Assembly: GCA_025999395.1 (NCBI GenBank)
Contig: AP024682.1
Coordinates: 135,386-171,637, forward strand
Origin: Candidatus Parcubacteria bacterium
Lineage (GTDB): Bacteria > Patescibacteriota > Minisyncoccia > UBA6257 > JAGOQP01
Direction: 5' to 3'
DNA length: 36,252 nucleotides
The notes below the pieces were generated by a model. The model ran no database searches. It worked only from the letters and a program-made list of their open reading frames with translations, and was not told the DNA's origin. The translations under genes and the position numbers were made by a program. Below are positions 31,379-36,252 of the stretch, piece after piece (positions within the stretch are counted from its first letter, which is position 1; every line of letters starts with the position of its first letter).

Positions 31379-32542
31379 ATGAGTTGGTGGAAAGAGTTTG
31401 TTTTACCGGCAAGTTTATTGGCCGGAACTATCATTGGGGCAGGAATTTTTTCTCTGCCATTTGTTTTTTTAAAGGCGGGATTAGGGTGGAGTTTTCCCTT
31501 TTTGTTTTTAGCGGCTTTAGTTTTTTGCTTGCTTCATTTGATGTACGCTGATTTGGTTGTAAAGAATGGCGATCACCATCGTTTTGCGGGGTTAAGTGAA
31601 ATTTATTTTGGAAGAGAGGGCTATTGGCTAGCAGTGGTAGCAACGGTAATTCAGATGTTTTTTGTTTTGGTTATTTATCTTTATTTAGCTGTTTCTTTCT
31701 TTTCTTTAATTTTTCCTTCTCATCTACTTTTTTGGGGGTTAATTTCTTTTTGGTTAATCGGTTCTTTAATAATTTTTTTGGGAACAAGAAAGGTAGCTTT
31801 TTCTGAATTTTTGGCGATTGTTGGTATTTTGGCGGTAGTTTTCTTGTTGGCGGGATGGGGAATCCCTCAGTTTTTGAAAAAATCAGTTTCTTTTTCTTTC
31901 CCCTCTTCTCCTTTTCTTTGGTTTTTACCTTTCGGCCCCTTGCTTTTCTCCTTAAGCGGTCGGCCCGCGATTCCGGCCTTAATTCATTATTTTCGAAGTG
32001 TTCGAAGGCCAGTAGAAAAAGCTAAAAGAGCAATTATTGGAGGGACTCTTCTTTCGGCTTTAGTTTACTTGCTTTTTGTTTTTTCGATAATTGGGCTTTC
32101 TGATGAAGTTTCGGTTGATTCAATTTCTGGAATTTCTGCTAATCTTCCCTCTTGGCTTCTGTGGGCAGTTTTTGGGATATTAGGAGTTCTTTCTTTATTA
32201 AGTTCTTATTTTGCTATTGGTTTAGATGTTCGCTATTCGTTAGAGTTTGATTTGAAGTTTTCAAAATTCTGGTCAATTTTTTTGGTGGTTGTTTTGCCTT
32301 TGGTTATTTATGCTTTAAATGTAGGAAGTTTTCTTTCCTTGATTGAATTTGCGGGGGGAGTTTTTGTAAGTTTGGAAGGAATAATGATTTTATTGATGTG
32401 GAGAAAATCTCTTACTCAAAAAGATAAAGTCTCGAAAGAAAGTTTAATTAAAAAAGTTCCCTTCTGGATCTGGTCTTTAATGATGGGGTTACTTATAGGA
32501 GGAATGGTTTACACTTTCTTAAGCCGGTTTTTTAATTTTTAA
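31379..32542 (+). CDS. Amino-acid permease, aromatic amino acid (Trp/Tyr permease)-like family
   Basis: 387 aa with about 11 hydrophobic helices. The N-terminal signature is LLAGTIIGAGIFSLPFVF. The family call is from this pattern only, and the substrate is unknown. Confidence 0.65.
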   Translation: MSWWKEFVLPASLLAGTIIGAGIFSLPFVFLKAGLGWSFPFLFLAALVFCLLHLMYADLVVKNGDHHRFAGLSEIYFGREGYWLAVVATVIQMFFVLVIYLYLAVSFFSLIFPSHLLFWGLISFWLIGSLIIFLGTRKVAFSEFLAIVGILAVVFLLAGWGIPQFLKKSVSFSFPSSPFLWFLPFGPLLFSLSGRPAIPALIHYFRSVRRPVEKAKRAIIGGTLLSALVYLLFVFSIIGLSDEVSVDSISGISANLPSWLLWAVFGILGVLSLLSSYFAIGLDVRYSLEFDLKFSKFWSIFLVVVLPLVIYALNVGSFLSLIEFAGGVFVSLEGIMILLMWRKSLTQKDKVSKESLIKKVPFWIWSLMMGLLIGGMVYTFLSRFFNF

Positions 32543-32543
32543 G

Positions 32544-33527
32544 CTACCGGAGGCCAATTTTTTGGTAAACCAGTTGAATCTTTTTTTGAGCAATTGTTTT
32601 AGCTTTTTTTCTTCCCTCCGAAAGAACTTTTTCTATTTGGGAAGAAGAAATTTGATTGTATTTAGTTTGAAAAGGAGAAAGGAATTTTATTATTGCTTCG
32701 GCTAAATCTTCTTTAAAAAGAGCATAACCAGTCTCTTGATATTTTTTTTCTAAACTCTTAAGAGGAATACGGGTCACTAAAGACATAATTGTTAAAAGAT
32801 TAGAAATTCCCGGTTTTTTGATGGGGTCATATTTAATTCTATTTTCCGAATCAGTAACTGCCTTTTTGATTTTGGTTTTAATCAGTTCGGGCTTGTCGGT
32901 GAGAGCAATAAAACTAAAGGGATTTTTATCACTTTTAGACATTTTTTTAGTAGGATCATCTAAAGCCATAATTCGAGCCCCTACTTTTTCCACCAAGGGT
33001 TGAGGCAAAACAAAGGTTTCCCCAAATCTTTGGTTAAATCGGCGAGCTATTTCTCGAGTCAGTTCAAGATGTTGAATTTGATCTTCTCCTACTGGTACCA
33101 ATTGAGCATCGTAAAGAAGGATGTCAGCCGCCATCAAAATAGGGTAATTAAGCAATCCGGCCAAAGCGCTCTTTTGTCCTTCTTTTTGAACCTTATCCTT
33201 ATACTGAGTCATTAAAAAGAGCTCGGAAACTTTGGTAATGGTGGTTAAAACCCAAAAAAGTTGTGTGTGTTCAGCAATTTCTGATTGCTTAAAGATAACA
33301 ACTTTTTGAGGATTAAGTCCGGAGGCCAAATAAGTCTTAACTAAATTAGTTATATTTTTTTGAAGTTGTTTTGGCTCTTGAGGGGTGGTTAAAGCGTGTA
33401 GATCAACGACAGCAAAAAAACACTCGTTCTTTTCCTGAAGAGTAAGCCATTGTTTTATTGCTCCAAAGTAATGCCCTAAATGAAGAACATCGGAGCTGGG
33501 TTTGATCCCCGAAAGAACTCTTTTCAT
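32544..33527 (-). CDS. trpS: Tryptophan--tRNA ligase
   Basis: MKRVLSGIKPSSDVLHLGHYFGA contains the HIGH-type motif and KKMSKSD the KMSKS motif. The class Ic size fits the family. The track start at 33545 is a TTG that overlaps the rnj stop. ATG 33527 gives the canonical N-terminus. Confidence 0.93.
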   Translation of the reverse strand: MKRVLSGIKPSSDVLHLGHYFGAIKQWLTLQEKNECFFAVVDLHALTTPQEPKQLQKNITNLVKTYLASGLNPQKVVIFKQSEIAEHTQLFWVLTTITKVSELFLMTQYKDKVQKEGQKSALAGLLNYPILMAADILLYDAQLVPVGEDQIQHLELTREIARRFNQRFGETFVLPQPLVEKVGARIMALDDPTKKMSKSDKNPFSFIALTDKPELIKTKIKKAVTDSENRIKYDPIKKPGISNLLTIMSLVTRIPLKSLEKKYQETGYALFKEDLAEAIIKFLSPFQTKYNQISSSQIEKVLSEGRKKAKTIAQKKIQLVYQKIGLR

Positions 33528-33534
33528 AGTTTTA

Positions 33535-35301
33535 TTAAACCTCAATAATAACAGGCAAAATCATCGGTCTCCTTTTGGTTTTATTATACACAAATTGGCC
33601 GATTTGGTCTTTAATCAAGTTTTTCAGATAATCGGAGTCAACTGATTGGAAGCGGGGAATTCGGTTAATAAGGTTTTTTAGTTTTTTTCTGATTTCTTCA
33701 ACTAATTCCTTGCTGCCTCTCAAATAAATAAAACCGCGGGAAATGATATCGGGATTCTTTAAAAATCTTCCCGTTCTTCTGTCTAAAGTAACAATCAAAA
33801 CCATCATTCCTTCTTGAGCTAAAACAGTTCGATCGCGAACTACTACTTCTTCAACATCTCCTACTCCTAATCCGTCTACCATTACATAAGAGGCCGGAAC
33901 TGTTTCTTGAGAAACAACCACTTTTTTCTCATAAATTTTTACTACTTGGCCATTATCTACCAAGAAGCAGTTTTCTAAAGGTACGCCCACTTCTTTGGCT
34001 AACTGAGCATTAGCGGCTCTCATAAAGTACCAACCATGAATGGGAATAAAAAATTTAGGGGAAATGATTTTGATAACAGTTTTTAAGTCTTCGGCGGGTC
34101 CATGGCCACTGGAGTGAATGTCGATATGCTGGGTTTGAATAACGCGAGCGTGCTGACGAGTAAGGTTATCTTTGAGGATTTGAATTTGTCTTTCGTTGCC
34201 GGGAATAATGGAAGAAGAAAAGATAATGGTGTCTCCTTTTTTTACTGAAAGATACTTGTTTTCTCCATTAGCGATTTTAACTAAGCTGGCGTTGGGCTCT
34301 CCTTGAGCGCCAGTAGAAATTACTAAGATTTTTTCATCTTTGTACTTTCCAATTTCTTCGATATTAAGGATGGTTCCTTTTTTAACTTTAATGTAGCCCA
34401 AATTTTGAGCAATCCGAACATTGTTTTTAAGAGATAAACCACTCAGAAAAACTTTGCGGTCATATTTTTGAGCAATTTGAAGAAGATCATTAATTCGGGT
34501 GAGTAAAGAAGCAAAAAGTCCCACAATAACTCTTCCCTCCGCTTTTTTAATGATTTCTTCCAAGTTTTTCACTACTAATTCTTCAGGAATGGATTTTCCC
34601 GGTTTTTCGGCAGCGGTGCTTTCTAAAAAGAGGGTATGAATATTTTTTTGAGCCACCCTTTTGAAAGTTTCGATGTCTTTTTCTTTGGGATTACCTTCTA
34701 AATCGTAATCGATTTTTAAATCGGTGCAGTAAGCCATATTGCCAACGGGGGTTTTAAGAATTAGTCCGATAGAATCAGGAATGGTGTGGACAATATCAAA
34801 GAATTCAACCTCAAAATGTTTTGAAAGACGCAAGATGTCTCCTCCTTTCACTACCTCAAGGTTGAGTTTGGGAGCGTTAACGAAATCTTCTTGTCTTTTT
34901 TTGATGATTTCTTTGGTTAGGGCAGTGGCATAAATAGGAATCTGAGGACCCAATTTATCCATTAAATAAGGAATGGCGCCAATATGATCGTAATGGCCGT
35001 GAGTAATAATAATCCCTTTGATTTTGTCCCTTTTTCCTAAAAGATAAGAAATGTTAGGAATAATATAATCGATTCCGGGAGTATCTTCTTCGGGGAATTG
35101 AAGTCCCATATCGATAATTAAAATCTCGTCCTCATATTCGAAAACCGACATATTTCGTCCGATTTCCTCTAATCCTCCTAAAGGAATAAATCTCAAATGA
35201 GATTCTTTATCTAATCCCTCTTTAATTGTTGTTGGAGTGGATGAGAAAGAAGGGCGATGACTGTCGCCGATTCTTCTCGAAGTTCTTCTGGTAGGTGTCA
35301 T
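33535..35301 (-). CDS. rnj: Ribonuclease J
   Basis: RFIPLGGLEEIGRNMSVFEYEDEILIIDMG is followed by IIITHGHYDHIGAIPYL (HxHxDH). A beta-CASP domain and a C-terminal domain are present. The length is 588 aa with a basic N-terminal extension. Confidence 0.92.
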   Translation of the reverse strand: MTPTRRTSRRIGDSHRPSFSSTPTTIKEGLDKESHLRFIPLGGLEEIGRNMSVFEYEDEILIIDMGLQFPEEDTPGIDYIIPNISYLLGKRDKIKGIIITHGHYDHIGAIPYLMDKLGPQIPIYATALTKEIIKKRQEDFVNAPKLNLEVVKGGDILRLSKHFEVEFFDIVHTIPDSIGLILKTPVGNMAYCTDLKIDYDLEGNPKEKDIETFKRVAQKNIHTLFLESTAAEKPGKSIPEELVVKNLEEIIKKAEGRVIVGLFASLLTRINDLLQIAQKYDRKVFLSGLSLKNNVRIAQNLGYIKVKKGTILNIEEIGKYKDEKILVISTGAQGEPNASLVKIANGENKYLSVKKGDTIIFSSSIIPGNERQIQILKDNLTRQHARVIQTQHIDIHSSGHGPAEDLKTVIKIISPKFFIPIHGWYFMRAANAQLAKEVGVPLENCFLVDNGQVVKIYEKKVVVSQETVPASYVMVDGLGVGDVEEVVVRDRTVLAQEGMMVLIVTLDRRTGRFLKNPDIISRGFIYLRGSKELVEEIRKKLKNLINRIPRFQSVDSDYLKNLIKDQIGQFVYNKTKRRPMILPVIIEV

Positions 35302-35360
35302 TTTGTTTTTGTTTTTTAATAGTAATTTTTAAAGTAAATTTTTTGAGCTTTTTAAAAAGC

Positions 35361-35447
35361 TGGTGGGGATAGAGAGATTCGAACTCTCACGGGCTTTTGC
35401 CCATACGCCCCTGAAGCGTACGCGTCTACCAATTCCGCCATATCCCC
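35361..35447 (-). tRNA. tRNA-Leu (anticodon CAG), class II with a long variable arm and encoded CCA
   Basis: The minus strand reads GGGGATATGGCGGAATTGGTAGACGCGTACGCTTCAGGGGCGTATGGGCAAAAGCCCGTGAGAGTTCGAATCTCTCTATCCCCACCA. The 7-bp acceptor stem is GGGGATA/TATCCCC. The anticodon stem TACGC/GCGTA carries the loop TTCAGGG. The variable arm is GGGC-AAAA-GCCC. The T arm is GAGAG-TTCGAAT-CTCTC. Confidence 0.9.
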
Positions 35448-36166
35448 TATTTTTTTCTAAGAAATAAAAATTTTTTTGGATTTTTAATAAATTCCTGATA
35501 AATTGGTTTTTTTCCTGAAGCAATTGATGGTTGAAAGGGAAGTTTTTTAAACACTTGAGGAAAATTTTTATAAGCAGGGTTCTTTTCTAATTTGAATCCG
35601 TTTTTGTTTATTAAGAGATACCAAGCGGGTCCGTGATTCTTTTCGAAAAAGGAATAATCGGCGGCTGAAGGGAAATTAGAAAAAATATTAGCTATTACTA
35701 AAACCTTTCTTTTTTGAGGATTAATAGTTATGTGTCCTAAATTAGCAGGAATAAAGATTTTTTCTCCTTCTTTTTTTCTTATTAAGTAAGCTTTTTGATT
35801 TTTTTTATCCTGAAGGTAAAAAAGCGCTTCTCCGTAAATTACCTGATAAATTTCAGCTAAGTTTTTTTTGTGAAAATGTCCAATGGTTCTTATTGGTTCT
35901 TGCCCAATTTTTCCGGCTAAAATTACAGTCAAATCGTAGCGTAATCCAAACTTTTGAAAAAGAGGAATATCTTTCAAAAGAGCAAGGTTTCGATAAATAT
36001 AGTATAAATCTCGATTTTTTTCAAGGGATTGATTTTGAAAGAAATTTTTATAGGTTTGATAATCCTTTTTTTCAAAGGAAGGTTGGCTAACTAAACGACC
36101 GTTAACAACAAGCCGATTTCTTTTTAATTTAAGAGGAAGAGTAGAAATTTTTTTTAAGTCGATCAT
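35447..36166 (-). CDS. pgiA: Cupin-type (archaeal-type) glucose-6-phosphate isomerase
   Basis: LTVILAGKIGQEPIRTIGHFHKKNLAEIYQVIYGEALFYLQ...IFIPANLGHITINP...ADYSFFEKNHG parallels the Thermococcales cupin PGI signature (TxGHxH...ExY...PPxxxHRxxN). The ATG at 36166 overlaps the upstream gene's stop as ATGA. Confidence 0.8.
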   Translation of the reverse strand: MIDLKKISTLPLKLKRNRLVVNGRLVSQPSFEKKDYQTYKNFFQNQSLEKNRDLYYIYRNLALLKDIPLFQKFGLRYDLTVILAGKIGQEPIRTIGHFHKKNLAEIYQVIYGEALFYLQDKKNQKAYLIRKKEGEKIFIPANLGHITINPQKRKVLVIANIFSNFPSAADYSFFEKNHGPAWYLLINKNGFKLEKNPAYKNFPQVFKKLPFQPSIASGKKPIYQEFIKNPKKFLFLRKK

Positions 36167-36252
36167 AATTGAATTCCTTTAAACTTTCTTTTTGTTTTGA
36201 TGTGCCATTGATTAACTTTTTCGAAGCGATCGCTAGCTAAAGAAAGAGTTTC
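36163..36252 (-). CDS. C-terminal end (29 codons plus TGA) of an unidentified upstream gene; partial
   Basis: The open minus-strand frame from the window edge reads ...ETLSLASDRFEKVNQWHIKTKRKFKGIQL*. Its TGA (36165-36163) overlaps the pgi ATG, suggesting translational coupling. The fragment is too short to identify. Confidence 0.3.
   Translation of the reverse strand, partial: ETLSLASDRFEKVNQWHIKTKRKFKGIQL

Noticed and set aside
1463-34933. About 25 short ORFs (60-103 aa), antisense or in alternative frames, nested inside larger genes. Examples are 1463-1651, 1648-1881, 2289-2492, 2510-2734, 3714-4025, 6583-6768, 7742-7981, 11155-11340, 13962-14195, 17668-17913, 21563-21754, 24892-25092, 29250-29447, 31014-31247, 31431-31643, 32818-33215 and 34739-34933.
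   Set aside because: All are fully embedded in longer ORFs with clear family signatures or good coding character. Their translations are Ser/Leu/Phe/Lys-rich shadow sequences typical of the opposite strand of AT-rich genes.
35346-35361. Perfect 16-nt palindrome agctttttaaaaagct directly after the tRNA 3' end, considered as a terminator
   Set aside because: The stem is almost entirely A-T, has no loop, and is not followed by a T-run on the minus strand. rnj follows only 59 nt after the tRNA 3' end, so read-through is more likely than termination.
35329-35523. 64-aa minus-strand ORF
   Set aside because: Its central part is simply the translation of the tRNA-Leu gene (35361-35447), so it is not protein-coding.
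1-36252. Alternative genetic code (UGA recoding, as in some CPR lineages)
   Set aside because: Long ORFs with canonical family lengths are obtained with the standard code. TGA also terminates at least three ORFs sensibly (14433-14435, 28547-28549 and 36163-36165).
1-36252. CRISPR arrays, transposases/IS elements, reverse transcriptase/DGR, toxin-antitoxin pairs and rRNA genes
   Set aside because: No spaced identical repeats, no DDE, serine or tyrosine recombinase-like ORFs and no RT motifs were seen. No intergenic region is long enough to hold an rRNA or a large structured RNA. I could not run a systematic repeat search, so short dispersed repeats may have been missed.

Overview
This is an AT-rich, very gene-dense bacterial chromosomal segment with short or overlapping intergenic gaps, standard stop codons and almost no Shine-Dalgarno sequences. 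I infer that it comes from a reduced-genome CPR/Patescibacteria-type organism. Most of the window is housekeeping. The genes I recognise are the Pol I 5'-3' exonuclease domain (partial), a DksA/TraR zinc finger, ComM/YifB, a UbiA-type prenyltransferase fusion, a UvrD-family helicase, RsmA, a sensor histidine kinase, MutM, PyrG, a HolA-like protein, S20, RuvA, a MurE-like ligase, a beta-CASP RNase, a TIGR00725/LOG-like protein, an amino-acid permease, TrpS, RNase J, tRNA-Leu(CAG) and an archaeal-type cupin phosphoglucose isomerase. The stand-out feature is a roughly 12.7 kb block of 12 co-directional genes (8606-21326) wedged between rsmA and the histidine kinase. It encodes the membrane core of a Gram-positive-type type IV secretion-like apparatus. 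The parts I can name are a VirB6/TrbL-like polytopic protein, a PrgI/VirB3-like protein, a VirB4 ATPase split into two same-frame ORFs, and a VirB2-type pilin module fused to a Cys-rich LAS/M15 zinc peptidase. Seven further secreted or membrane proteins in the block have no family I can recognise. No coupling protein, relaxase, integrase or flanking repeats are visible in this window. The block therefore does not look like an ordinary conjugative element, and it is my candidate for the undescribed system. Secondary curiosities are a strongly SD-led small ORF whose terminator interlocks with the converging Mur ligase terminator, a stop codon sharing a base with a tRNA 5' end, and a tandem operator-like repeat in a divergent promoter. 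No CRISPR array, transposase, rRNA or prophage signature was seen.
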